From positions 1-57,042 of the forward strand of contig JBBIIG010000028.1 in the NCBI GenBank assembly GCA_037446635.1: a stretch of 57,042 nucleotides of DNA. Reading direction: 5' to 3'. Both the position numbers and the translations under genes were made by a program. This stretch comes from a bacterium (GTDB taxonomy: Bacteria; Zhuqueibacterota; Zhuqueibacteria; Oceanimicrobiales; Oceanimicrobiaceae). The notes under the pieces were generated by a model. It was not told the origin of the DNA, searched no databases, and worked only from the letters and a program-made list of their open reading frames with translations. Below, one piece after another: positions 17,492-26,929 of the stretch (positions are counted from its first letter, which is position 1; every line of letters begins with the position of its first letter).

Positions 17492-18319
17492 TTATTTTTT
17501 GGCGAAAGCTTTTCTTCTAATCTGATTAATTTGGCCGCGCAGCCGTTCCGCTTCGCGACCGGCGGCTTCGGCAAAATCGTCGCCGCGGGATTGATAAATA
17601 ATGCCGCGGCTGACGTTGATGAGCGCCAGCTCGCCGTTGGCGTCTGTGCCGTTCAAAACCGCCGCTTTGAGATCGCCGCCTTGAGTGCCGACGCCGGGAA
17701 TCAACAGCGGCAGATTGGGCGCGGCGGCGCGAATTGCGCGCAGTTCCGCCGGCTGGGTTGCGCCCGCCACCAGTCCGCAATTTTGCTTTTGATTCCAATC
17801 GTTCACTTTCGCGATCACGTTTTGATAAAGCCGGTTTTTGCCGTCGGAAAAATATTGAAAATCGCGCGCCCCCGGATTGGAGGTCAGACAAAGAACAAAC
17901 GCGCCCTTTGCCGGCCGCTGCAGAAACGGCGCTACCGAATCGCTTCCCATAAATGGATTGACGGTCACCGCGTCGAAGCCGAGGCGCTCGAAAATCGCGC
18001 GGGCGTACATTTCGGAGGAACTGCCGATGTCGCCGCGTTTGGCGTCGGCGATGGTGATGACATTTGACGGAATGATTTTCAGGAGCTTTTCAAGAACAGC
18101 CCAACCCGCCGCACCGGCCGCCTCAAAAAATGCGAAGTTCAATTTGAACGCGGCCGCTGCACCAGCGGTGCTGGCAACAATTTCGGCGCAAAATGTGAAC
18201 AGCGCATTGGCATCGTCTTTCAATTTTTCCGGAAAGCGCTCGGGATGCGGGTCGAGTCCCACGCACAGCCAACTGTCTTTCTGGCGCGCGCAGGATAAAA
18301 GTCGTTGCGTGAAATTCAT
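17492..18319 (-). CDS. pyrF: orotidine-5'-phosphate decarboxylase
   Basis: LCVGLDP, DAKRGDIG, LLIPGVG.QGGD, SRGIIY; likely start ATG 18319. Confidence 0.95.
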   Translation of the reverse strand: MNFTQRLLSCARQKDSWLCVGLDPHPERFPEKLKDDANALFTFCAEIVASTAGAAAAFKLNFAFFEAAGAAGWAVLEKLLKIIPSNVITIADAKRGDIGSSSEMYARAIFERLGFDAVTVNPFMGSDSVAPFLQRPAKGAFVLCLTSNPGARDFQYFSDGKNRLYQNVIAKVNDWNQKQNCGLVAGATQPAELRAIRAAAPNLPLLIPGVGTQGGDLKAAVLNGTDANGELALINVSRGIIYQSRGDDFAEAAGREAERLRGQINQIRRKAFAKK

Positions 18320-18438
18320 CGTCCGTGAATCTACATTTTTTTTGAAAATAATCAACCGTTGCCGGGTTTTTCCTTTACTTCCGAAGATGCATTTTTTACC
18401 TTTTTAAAATTCAACCCGGAAAAAATTGGAGAAGCAGG

Positions 18439-19680
18439 ATGAAATTGAAGCTGCACTGGCAAATTCTGATCGCGCTGATTTTGGGAATGGCATTCGGATT
18501 TTTATCGCGCGCGTTCAACTTTCAGTCGTTCGTCACCGACTACGTGATTGTTCTCGGCGATATTTTTCTGCGCGGCCTGCGCATGATCATCGTGCCGCTG
18601 ATCGTCTCCTCGATTATTTCCGGCGTAACCAGCATCGGCGCGGGGGGGAATCTCGGGCGGCTCGGTTTAAAAACCGGTCTCTATTACATTACCACCAGCC
18701 TGCTGGCGATTCTTACTGGTTTACTGCTGGTCAACTTAATTCAGCCCGGCGTGGGCGCGCCGATTATTTTGGAGAAAACACCAGAGGAGCTGACCGCCAA
18801 CGTTGAGAAGTTAGGCGATACTCTGCTGGGGATCATCCCCACCAACCCGCTGGAAGCGATGGCGCGCGGGGAGATGCTGCCAACGATCTTTTTTTCTTTG
18901 CTGTTTGGATTTTTCATCAGCCGCGCGCCCCAACCCTACAGCCGGCAGCTCACGGATTTTTTTCAGGGCGTATTCGAAGTGATGATGCGGCTCACGCACT
19001 TCATCATTCTGTTCGCGCCGGTGGGGGTGTTTGCGCTGATGGCAAAAATTATCGCGCAAACCGGCGTGGAAGTGTTTGGGCCGCTGGCGGCGTATATGCT
19101 GACGGTGATGTTGGGGCTGGCGTTTCACGCGCTGATTACGTTGCCGACGCTGCTGTTTTTTGTCGGCGGCATTAACCCGCTCGCCCACGCGCAAGCGCTG
19201 TCCGCGGCGTTGATGACCGCGTTTTCGACCTCGTCGTCGTCGGCCACCCTGCCGTTGACAATGGACGCCGTAGAAAACAATTCCGGCGCCTCCAACAAAG
19301 TGACCAGTTTCGTGCTGCCGTTGGGCGCAACCATCAACATGGATGGCACCGCGCTGTACGAATGCGTGGCCGCGATGTTCATCGCGCAGGTGTACGGCAT
19401 AGAACTGACGTTTGGCCAGCAGTTCATCGTGGTGTTGACGGCGTTGTTGGCGAGCATCGGCGCGGCCGGCATCCCCATGGCCGGGCTGGTGATGATGACC
19501 ATCATCCTGCGCGCCGTCGGGTTGCCGCTGGAGGGCATCGGGCTGATCCTCGCCGTGGATCGCGTTCTCGATATGATGCGCACCTCCGTGAACGTCTGGA
19601 GCGATAGCTGCGGCGCCGTGCTCATCGCCCGCACCGAAGGGGAGACGGACTTAAAGGTTTTGCGGAAGGCGGCTGTTTAA
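18439..19680 (+). CDS. dicarboxylate/amino acid:cation symporter (GltP/DAACS)
   Basis: FSTSSSSATLP, PLGATINMDGTA, DRVLDMMRTSVNV. Confidence 0.95.
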   Translation: MKLKLHWQILIALILGMAFGFLSRAFNFQSFVTDYVIVLGDIFLRGLRMIIVPLIVSSIISGVTSIGAGGNLGRLGLKTGLYYITTSLLAILTGLLLVNLIQPGVGAPIILEKTPEELTANVEKLGDTLLGIIPTNPLEAMARGEMLPTIFFSLLFGFFISRAPQPYSRQLTDFFQGVFEVMMRLTHFIILFAPVGVFALMAKIIAQTGVEVFGPLAAYMLTVMLGLAFHALITLPTLLFFVGGINPLAHAQALSAALMTAFSTSSSSATLPLTMDAVENNSGASNKVTSFVLPLGATINMDGTALYECVAAMFIAQVYGIELTFGQQFIVVLTALLASIGAAGIPMAGLVMMTIILRAVGLPLEGIGLILAVDRVLDMMRTSVNVWSDSCGAVLIARTEGETDLKVLRKAAV

Positions 19681-19711
19681 TAATATTTGAAGTTTATAAA
19701 AATTGTTCAGA

Positions 19712-19827
19712 ATGGAGTATTGGAGTTTTGGAGTAATGGAAAAACAACGTCATCGATCCACTAATCCACTAATCCACTAATCCATTAATCCATTAATCCA
19801 TCAATCCACCAATCCATCACTCCATCG
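19712..19827. repeat. 8-bp tandem-repeat palindromic element (TGGAGTA.. arm / ATCCAYYA x8 arm)
   Basis: Eight ATCCA(C/T)(T/C)A units from 19756 facing TGGAGTAT/TGGAGTTT/TGGAGTAA units; between convergent genes. Confidence 0.85.
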
Positions 19828-19836
19828 CAATCTTAA

Positions 19837-21405
19837 TCATTGCCCATTGGTTGCCAGGTTTTCTCTTTGCGGCTCGGGCAGCGGTTTGCGCGGCAGCTTT
19901 TCCTCGCGCATGGCGGTGTGATAGACGAACGAAGCCATGATCACCGCCGCCTGCATCAGGTCGCCTTTTTGTATGTGATCGAAAACATCCATGTTGGTGT
20001 GATGGGTGCGGGTGCCGTAATCGATGGGATCTTGAATGAATTGAAAGCCCGGCAGCCCCACGGCATCGAAGGCGAGGTGATCGGTGCCGCCGGTGTTGCG
20101 AATGGTGACCGTGGCGGCGCCGAGATCATGGAAGGGTTTGAAATAGGCTTCAAAAATGGGACGGACGGCGTCGTTGCCCTGCAGATAAATGCCGCGAATT
20201 TTTCCCGTGCCGTTATCGAGATTGAAGTAGGCGGAAAAATTGGCGTGATCGGGTTTGAGCGCCATGGTGGCGCGATCGCCAAAATGATTTTTCACATAGC
20301 CATGCGAGCCCAACAACCCCTGCTCTTCGCCGCCCCACAAAGCAATGCGAATGGTGCGGCGGGGTTTGGCGTCCACGGCTTTCAGGATGCGAACGGCCTC
20401 CAAAGCGACGGCGCAGCCCGCAGCGTTATCGGTGGCGCCGGTACCGGAATGCCAGGAATCCAAGTGGCCGCCTAACATCACGATTTCATTTTTGAGCTTT
20501 TTGTCCACTCCCGGAATTTCCGCAATCACGTTGTACCCCAACGAATCGTCTTCAAAAAATTTAGTCTGAATATTAATTTCAAGCTGCACCGGGATATTTT
20601 TCTCCAGCAATCTCGCGATGCGGGCGTAGTGCTCGACGGCAACCGTCAGGGCCGGAACGCCAGCTTCGGCGCCGGTTTTATGGGATCCGCCCCGATGAAC
20701 GCGAATGGTGCCGTGCTCGCGTTCGCTCGGTTCCAGCACCACTGCCACACCCTCCTCACGGAAAAATTTAATCAATTTTTCCTGCAGGGCACGACGGCTG
20801 CGGAATTCCGCCCGGCGCTCCACCCAGGACTCTCGCTCCCCCGGCGCTGGCGCCGCCAGCAATTTTGCAAGCTCCTCTTCGCTGTAGCGGCGGGCATCGG
20901 CCTCGAAGTGGGTTTCGGCCTCCCGCGGCTCGCCAGCCATGATGATGGCGCCCGCCAACTTCCCACGATATTTTTCCATATCCTCTTCGGATTTGATCTC
21001 GACCAACACTGGAGCTCCAGTAACCATGCCATTGGTTCCCGGCGTCCACGCCTTGGGATAGGCGATGATGCTCATAAACTGCGGCGCCGTTGCTACAATC
21101 GTAAACCGTTCCACGGCCCAACCGCGGCCAAACACTCCCCAAGATTCCAATTGCGCGTTCGTCAGCCCCCACTCGGTCAACTTATCCACACACCATTGGC
21201 TGGCCGCCCAATAATTCGGGGAATTGGTGAGTCGGGGGCCGTGAACATCGGTGAGATAACTCATGGTTTCTGAAATCTGCGAGTTTTCAAATCCCTCCAA
21301 CTTAATTTTCGAAATCATCTGCAGATCGACGGCTTCCTGCGAGTAGCCATGCGGCGATAGGCAGAGCGCCACTGTCATTGCTAAAAAGAGTCGAGTTCGC
21401 TTCAA
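19837..21405 (-). CDS. M28 family metallopeptidase (carboxypeptidase Q-like), secreted
   Basis: GGHLDSW..GTGATDN, WGGEEQGL, NLDNG, TDH, HHTNMD; TTG start at 21405 with AGGAGG 5 nt upstream. Confidence 0.92.
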   Translation of the reverse strand: MKRTRLFLAMTVALCLSPHGYSQEAVDLQMISKIKLEGFENSQISETMSYLTDVHGPRLTNSPNYWAASQWCVDKLTEWGLTNAQLESWGVFGRGWAVERFTIVATAPQFMSIIAYPKAWTPGTNGMVTGAPVLVEIKSEEDMEKYRGKLAGAIIMAGEPREAETHFEADARRYSEEELAKLLAAPAPGERESWVERRAEFRSRRALQEKLIKFFREEGVAVVLEPSEREHGTIRVHRGGSHKTGAEAGVPALTVAVEHYARIARLLEKNIPVQLEINIQTKFFEDDSLGYNVIAEIPGVDKKLKNEIVMLGGHLDSWHSGTGATDNAAGCAVALEAVRILKAVDAKPRRTIRIALWGGEEQGLLGSHGYVKNHFGDRATMALKPDHANFSAYFNLDNGTGKIRGIYLQGNDAVRPIFEAYFKPFHDLGAATVTIRNTGGTDHLAFDAVGLPGFQFIQDPIDYGTRTHHTNMDVFDHIQKGDLMQAAVIMASFVYHTAMREEKLPRKPLPEPQRENLATNGQ

Positions 21406-21459
21406 GGCATCCTCCTGAGTTTTTAAATTATCAGACCATTTGAAAAGGTGTTTCCACCG

Positions 21460-21762
21460 TGTGGATAAGTTGTTGAAAAGTGTTGACCACCCCATAAAAT
21501 AGTTCAAAAGAAGCAACTGTGTGCTTTTGCTAACATCCTGCGATTTTCTACGAAAATGAGTTGTATTCACGGGAGCGGCTTGCGATCAATAATGAAGCGA
21601 GATGTAATTAATTGAATATCAGCGCCTTATGGTCACGTCTTTTATCGAAACTCTGTTTTAAAAATCTAAAAATGATATTAAAAAAGAGATTCGCGCCGGT
21701 CATTTTTAAAAATGTAAAACCTGAATCGGCTCGCCGAGGTCAGCAATCGAAAATGTGGATAA
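21460..21762. promoter_or_regulatory. DnaA-box cluster with AT-rich tract
   Basis: TGTGGATAA at 21460-21468 and 21754-21762, a 1-mismatch box at 21471-21479, and TTATCCACA at 21182-21190. Confidence 0.5.
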
Positions 21763-21882
21763 CTTTAACTGTATTTTGGGTGTGCCAGCAACGGGCTACC
21801 ATATATGGGGCTTCACCGCCTCTGCGTAAGCTTTTTCTTACGACTATTTCGCGATAACTCTGAGCAGATTAAAAAAATTTGC

Positions 21883-22530
21883 TCATCGCAAATCCACCAC
21901 TTCTACACCTTCCGGAATTTGGAAATTGAAAAAATCGGCGGTGAGCTTGATGTTTTCCTCAACATTTCGAACCCAGTATTTGTTCAAATTATCGTTGATG
22001 TCTTTTTGCTCGATTTTGACCGTCAGCCACGAAGCGGCATCCACCCAGATTTTCATACTTTTGACAAACGCTTCCTTATCTTTGGGGACGAGATTTAAAA
22101 CATAAGCCCTTTTGCCGTCCACTAATTCTTCGCCCACCAAGTGCGGCGTATATTCTTCCGAGTATTTGAAGAGCAAGTCTTTGGGCAGCGGATTTTCTTC
22201 GGTCGCCCTTAAGTGGTCGATGATGACTTGCTGATTATCTTTGGAAAAAGTCCACACGATTTCGCCGTTGGTGACGATGATTTGATTGTCGCTCTCGATG
22301 CGGTAGTGGTTGCCAGTTTTCAGATAGAGCGCGCCCTTCAGTTTTTGCGTTTCTCCCGCCAGCTCCCAAACGTACTCCTGCTCGAAGTCGGCCTTCAGAG
22401 ACTGGAGTTGGTCGTATTTTTTTTTGACGTTTTTGATGATCTCTTTGGCGTTTTGCGCTCGTGCGAGGTGCACACTCAAAGTGAGGAATGCGGCGATCGC
22501 CAGAAGAAATCCAATCGAAACTTTTTTCAT
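21883..22530 (-). CDS. lolA: outer-membrane lipoprotein carrier LolA-like protein
   Basis: Signal peptide; ADFEQ..., IVTNGEIVWTF, FNFQIPEGVEVVDLR; directly after ftsK. Confidence 0.85.
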   Translation of the reverse strand: MKKVSIGFLLAIAAFLTLSVHLARAQNAKEIIKNVKKKYDQLQSLKADFEQEYVWELAGETQKLKGALYLKTGNHYRIESDNQIIVTNGEIVWTFSKDNQQVIIDHLRATEENPLPKDLLFKYSEEYTPHLVGEELVDGKRAYVLNLVPKDKEAFVKSMKIWVDAASWLTVKIEQKDINDNLNKYWVRNVEENIKLTADFFNFQIPEGVEVVDLR

Positions 22531-22543
22531 TTAACCCTCTTAC

Positions 22544-24850
22544 TCAGTTGAATCCCATCTCGGTCAATTCTGTTTCGTCTCCGATCAAGACCTCACGCGC
22601 CTTGCTGCCGTCGAAGGGGCCGACGACGCCGGCTGCCTCCAGCTCGTCGATGAGCCGCGCGGCGCGGGCGTAGCCCACTTTCAGCCGCCGCTGCAAAAGC
22701 GAAATCGATCCCTGCTGGTGGCGCACCACCAATTTCGCGGCTTCGTTAAACAACTCATCGCGGACGCCGCCCAGGCCGTCGGCCTCAAACATCGCCGCCG
22801 CTTCTTCTTTGCCCATCGGCAGTTTGTGTTTCGGATACTTCGGCTGTTTACGAATGTGAGCAATGATACCCTCAATTTCCTCCGTGGAAATAAAAGCGCC
22901 GTGGAGACGCACGGGCTCCGGCCGGCCGGGCGGGATGAACAGCATATCGCCCATGCCCAACAACTTTTCTGCGCCGTTGGCGTCGATGATGGTGCGGGAG
23001 TCGGTTTTGGAGGCCACTTGAAACGCGATGCGCGCCGGGAAATTAGCTTTGATGACGCCGGTGATCACGTCCACCGACGGGCGCTGAGTGGCGACAATTA
23101 AGTGAATGCCCACCGCCCGCGACATTTGCGTCAGCCGCGCGATCGGCTCTTCCACCTCGCGCGCCGCGGTCAGCATCAAATCCGCCAACTCGTCGATGAT
23201 CACCACGAGATATTCCAGCGGCTCGAACGGCTCCTCGCCCTCCGCCGCCTGCAACTGGCCACTTTGCAAGCGCGCGTTGTAATCTTTGATATTTCGCACT
23301 CCGGCGCGCGCCATAGTTTCATAGCGCTGTTCCATCACCAACTCAACACTCTTTAGCACCGAGATGGCGTTGTTGGCGGTGGTCACCACTTCCTCGTTCA
23401 AATCCTCGCGATAGGTGAGATGATGGTGCCGCAAATTATTATAGATCGAAAGCTCCAGCCGCTTGGGATCGATCAGCACCAACTGCAGTTGCAGCGGATG
23501 CGCTTTATAAAGTAAACTGGCGATGATGGTATTGAGGCAGACGCTCTTGCCGGAGCCAGTGGAACCGGCGATGAGCAGATGCGGCATCTCATCCAAACGC
23601 GCAACGTAGGGCTCACCGGCGATGGTTTTTCCCAGAGCCAGCGTCAGCGGCGAGGCGGAGCCCTGAAACTCATTCGCGCTGAGGACTTCCCGTAAATAAA
23701 CCGTTTTGTGGGTGCGATTGGGAATTTCCACACCCACCGCGGCTTTGCCGGGAATGGGCGCGACGATGCGAATGCGCTTGGCGCGCATCGCCAGCGCCAG
23801 ATCGTCCGCCAGCGAGGCGATGCGGCTGATTTTGATGCCGGGCGCCGGCTCGTATTCGTAGCGCGTGATCACCGGCCCCGGGCTGATTTCCACAACCCTG
23901 CCCTCGACATCAAACTCCCGAAGCCGATCTTCCAACAACTGCGCGTTCGCTTGCAATTCTTCTTTGGAAATATCGTCGCTATCCGCCGGCGGCGGCGACA
24001 AAATTTCCAGCGGCGGAAATTGGTAGTTGCCGGGATCAAAGGGTTCGTCCGCTGATGACAGCGATTGGTGATCCCCCTCCTCGCGCTCTCCTGCCAGCAC
24101 GATTTCCAATTGCTCGTCCGCTGGCTGCGAGGGGCGGAGTCCCTCCAAGTTGTCGCTTTTACTTTTTTCAACCGGCGCCGGCTTGACCACCGAATTGATG
24201 ATGGCCCCAGGTTTAGGCTCGGCAGCGGACATCGCTGGCTTTGAGCGCGGAGGTTTTTGCAGCACTTTGCTGAACTGCTTTTTACCCGCAAGATAAACAG
24301 CCGTTACACGCAAAATGAATTCGTCCAGCAGTTCCGCAAAACTAACTTTGGTGGCGCCAATGACGGTGATGATAATCACCGCTAAAAGAATGACGATACT
24401 GCCGGCGACGCCCAGGTAATTAAAAAGAATTTGCGCAATCACACCGCCCACCAAGCCCGACAGCGCGAAGCCGAGCTCACTTTTATTTTTGGTGGAAACT
24501 TCTGGAATCGCTAAAATTATTGAAGTGTAAAGCGCGAAGGCCAGCAAATAGGCGGATGACCGCAGGGCTTTCGATAAATCGTTGTCGCGAAAAATTGTCC
24601 AGCCTAAAATGAAAAGGATGATAGGAAAAACAAACGCCGGGTAGCCGATCAGCCCCTGCACCAGAAAGTAAGAGATGTAAACACCGGCGATTCCCAGCCG
24701 GTTTTCGATCTGGCCGATTTTGATGTTTTCGGGCTGCTCGTGGGGGCGGTAGCTGGCGAGGCTCAAAAAAATCAAAATCGCCAGCGTCATCAAAAGGATG
24801 CCGAGAATTTCTTCCTGTTTGGAATCGTTGAGGCGCTTGTTCCGGCTCAT
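22544..24850 (-). CDS. ftsK: DNA translocase FtsK
   Basis: N-terminal TMs, PHLLIAGSTGSGKS, IDELADLM, ATQRPS, gamma domain SISLLQRRLKVGYARAAR. Confidence 0.96.
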   Translation of the reverse strand: MSRNKRLNDSKQEEILGILLMTLAILIFLSLASYRPHEQPENIKIGQIENRLGIAGVYISYFLVQGLIGYPAFVFPIILFILGWTIFRDNDLSKALRSSAYLLAFALYTSIILAIPEVSTKNKSELGFALSGLVGGVIAQILFNYLGVAGSIVILLAVIIITVIGATKVSFAELLDEFILRVTAVYLAGKKQFSKVLQKPPRSKPAMSAAEPKPGAIINSVVKPAPVEKSKSDNLEGLRPSQPADEQLEIVLAGEREEGDHQSLSSADEPFDPGNYQFPPLEILSPPPADSDDISKEELQANAQLLEDRLREFDVEGRVVEISPGPVITRYEYEPAPGIKISRIASLADDLALAMRAKRIRIVAPIPGKAAVGVEIPNRTHKTVYLREVLSANEFQGSASPLTLALGKTIAGEPYVARLDEMPHLLIAGSTGSGKSVCLNTIIASLLYKAHPLQLQLVLIDPKRLELSIYNNLRHHHLTYREDLNEEVVTTANNAISVLKSVELVMEQRYETMARAGVRNIKDYNARLQSGQLQAAEGEEPFEPLEYLVVIIDELADLMLTAAREVEEPIARLTQMSRAVGIHLIVATQRPSVDVITGVIKANFPARIAFQVASKTDSRTIIDANGAEKLLGMGDMLFIPPGRPEPVRLHGAFISTEEIEGIIAHIRKQPKYPKHKLPMGKEEAAAMFEADGLGGVRDELFNEAAKLVVRHQQGSISLLQRRLKVGYARAARLIDELEAAGVVGPFDGSKAREVLIGDETELTEMGFN

Positions 24851-25503
24851 AATTGCGCTCGCGAAATTTCTTTGAGACGATGAACTTTGACGACGAACTG
24901 TTTGGCGCGCTCGCAAACGTCGCTGCTATCCAGTAATCCAGAAATTATGGCCACCCCATCGGCGCCAGCTTCGATCACCGGCTCGAGATTTTCAACGGTG
25001 ATGCCGCCAATGCCGACCAGCGGGAGAGTGGTGAGTTGGCGCAATTCTCTAATCAATTGGATGCCTTTCGCCGCCAATTCAGTTTTAGTTCGTGATGAAA
25101 AAATCGTACCCACTCCGAGGTAATCCGGTTGACCCGCCAGCGCGGTTTCAAATTCGTTCAGATTGTGAACGGACGCGCCCAGCAGCATCTCGCTGCCGAT
25201 GAGCTGGCGCGCGTATTCAAAAGGCAAATCATCCTGACCCAGATGCACGCCCGCGGCCTTCACGGCCAGCGCGATGTCCACGCGATCGTTGATGATGAGT
25301 GGAATGCCGAAGCGATCGGTAATCTGTTTGACCTGCAACGCCTCGGTGTAAAATTCTTGTGCGGAAGACATTTTATTTCGCAATTGAATGATGCCGGCGC
25401 CGCCGGCGATGACCTGCTCGGCGATAAACTTGAGGTCGCGCGCGCCGAGGGTTTTTTTATCGAGAATGGCGTAGAGCGACCAGTCGCGAATTATCATCAC
25501 CAA
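24847..25503 (-). CDS. thiE: thiamine-phosphate synthase
   Basis: IQLRNK, INDRVDIA, GVHLGQDD, GIGGI; start between 25497 and 25503. Confidence 0.93.
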   Translation of the reverse strand: MVMIIRDWSLYAILDKKTLGARDLKFIAEQVIAGGAGIIQLRNKMSSAQEFYTEALQVKQITDRFGIPLIINDRVDIALAVKAAGVHLGQDDLPFEYARQLIGSEMLLGASVHNLNEFETALAGQPDYLGVGTIFSSRTKTELAAKGIQLIRELRQLTTLPLVGIGGITVENLEPVIEAGADGVAIISGLLDSSDVCERAKQFVVKVHRLKEISRAQL

Positions 25504-25590
25504 TTATTTCGAGCTTTTGGTGGCGTCAATGCTAATATAAACTAAAACAGCAGCAGCAATAAAAATAACGAGCGCAACTATCCATTCCAT
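25504..25590 (-). CDS. 28-aa single-TM peptide (not in ORF track)
   Basis: MEWIVALVIFIAAAVLVYISIDATKSSK*; AAGGA SD; immediately after the small membrane gene. Confidence 0.5.
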   Translation of the reverse strand: MEWIVALVIFIAAAVLVYISIDATKSSK

Positions 25591-25591
25591 A

Positions 25592-25818
25592 TTACATATC
25601 CTTCAGTTCTCTGATTGTTTTTCTTATAGATTTATTCAACAGAAATATGCTAATGAATACCGCCCGATTGTGATGATATTCAAGACAATCAAGAGGCGCT
25701 CAACGGTTTTGTAGTTGGCAACTAACCAGCTAATCAAACTGATTAGGGTCACAATAATGATGCCTAACCACAGCTTCAGATACGCAATTTTCTCTTTTGC
25801 GCTGTCAATTGCTGGCAT
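25592..25818 (-). pseudogene. small two-TM membrane protein, frameshifted at ~25662
   Basis: MPAIDSAKEKIAYLKLWLGIIIVTLISLISWLVANY...IITIG continues in another frame as VFISIFLLNKSIRKTIRELKDM*. Confidence 0.6.
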
Positions 25819-25820
25819 AA

Positions 25821-26909
25821 TCAATAGGGGCGCTGGTAGAACGGCGTTTTCACCACCTCGGCGTCGGCCTCTTTGCCGCGAATCGAAATTTGGATGGGCG
25901 CGCCAATTTCGTGAAACGGCGTGTTGACGTAGCCCATGCCAATGCCTTTTCCGAGACTCGGCGACATCGTGCCGCTGGTGACGTAGCCAATCTCTGAGCC
26001 GTCTTTTAAAATCTTGTAGCCGTGCCGCGGGAAGGCGCGCTCTTTCATTTCAAATCCCACCAGCTTGCGGGTGGGGCCGGATTCTTTGACTTTCAAAATT
26101 GCGGCGCGGCCGATGAAATCGCCCTTTTCGGTTTTGGTGATCCAGCCTAGCCCGGCTTCAATCGGGTTGGTGGTTTGATCGATGTCGTTGCCGTACAAAC
26201 AAAATTTCATTTCTAACCGCAGGGTGTCGCGCGCGCCTAAACCGATGGGCTCGATTTCAAATTCTTTGCCGGCGTCCATGATGGCGTTCCAAACTTTTAC
26301 AGAATGTTTGGCATCGAACCCGATCTCGAAACCGTCTTCGCCGGTGTAACCGGTGCGCGAGAACACCACATCGACGCCGGCGAGTTTGCCTTTTCCAAAC
26401 CAATAGTATTTGATGGTGGACAGATTCAGGTCGGTAAGTTTTTGCAGCGTCGCTTCGGCGTTGCGGCCCTGAACCGCCAACAGGGCATAATTATCGCTGA
26501 TGTTGGCCAGCTCCACCTCGGGCAGCGCGTGGCTTTTCATCCACTCCCAATCTTTTTGCAAATTCGCGGCGTTGACGATCACCATGTAATGATCATCAAA
26601 ACGATAGACGATGAGATCGTCCACGATGCCGCCGTCTTCGTAACAGAGGGCCGAGTATTGCGCCCGCCCGGGCACGAGCTTGCTGACGTCGTTGATGGTG
26701 AGCCACTGCAAAAATTCCTCGGCACGCGGGCCTCGGATGAGAAACTCGCCCATGTGAGAAACATCGAACATGCCTACCGAGCTGCGAACTTTTTTGTGTT
26801 CTTCAATAATACCGCGGTACTGTACCGGCATCCAGTAGCCAGCGAAATCCACCATTTTTGCGCCAGCGTTTTTGTGAATTTCGTAGAGGGCGGTTTTCTT
26901 CGGTTCCAA
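25821..26909 (-). CDS. gcvT: glycine cleavage system aminomethyltransferase T
   Basis: [40 protein letters not shown]. Confidence 0.97.
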   Translation of the reverse strand: MEPKKTALYEIHKNAGAKMVDFAGYWMPVQYRGIIEEHKKVRSSVGMFDVSHMGEFLIRGPRAEEFLQWLTINDVSKLVPGRAQYSALCYEDGGIVDDLIVYRFDDHYMVIVNAANLQKDWEWMKSHALPEVELANISDNYALLAVQGRNAEATLQKLTDLNLSTIKYYWFGKGKLAGVDVVFSRTGYTGEDGFEIGFDAKHSVKVWNAIMDAGKEFEIEPIGLGARDTLRLEMKFCLYGNDIDQTTNPIEAGLGWITKTEKGDFIGRAAILKVKESGPTRKLVGFEMKERAFPRHGYKILKDGSEIGYVTSGTMSPSLGKGIGMGYVNTPFHEIGAPIQISIRGKEADAEVVKTPFYQRPY

Positions 26910-26929
26910 GTTTGAATCCTCGCGTGCGG

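Noticed and set aside
19756..19827. Possible CRISPR array
   Set aside because: Contiguous 8-bp units without spacers; no cas genes in the window.
21612..22098. ORFs 21612-21857 and 21805-22098
   Set aside because: No motifs; they overlap the DnaA-box spacer or lie antisense to lolA.
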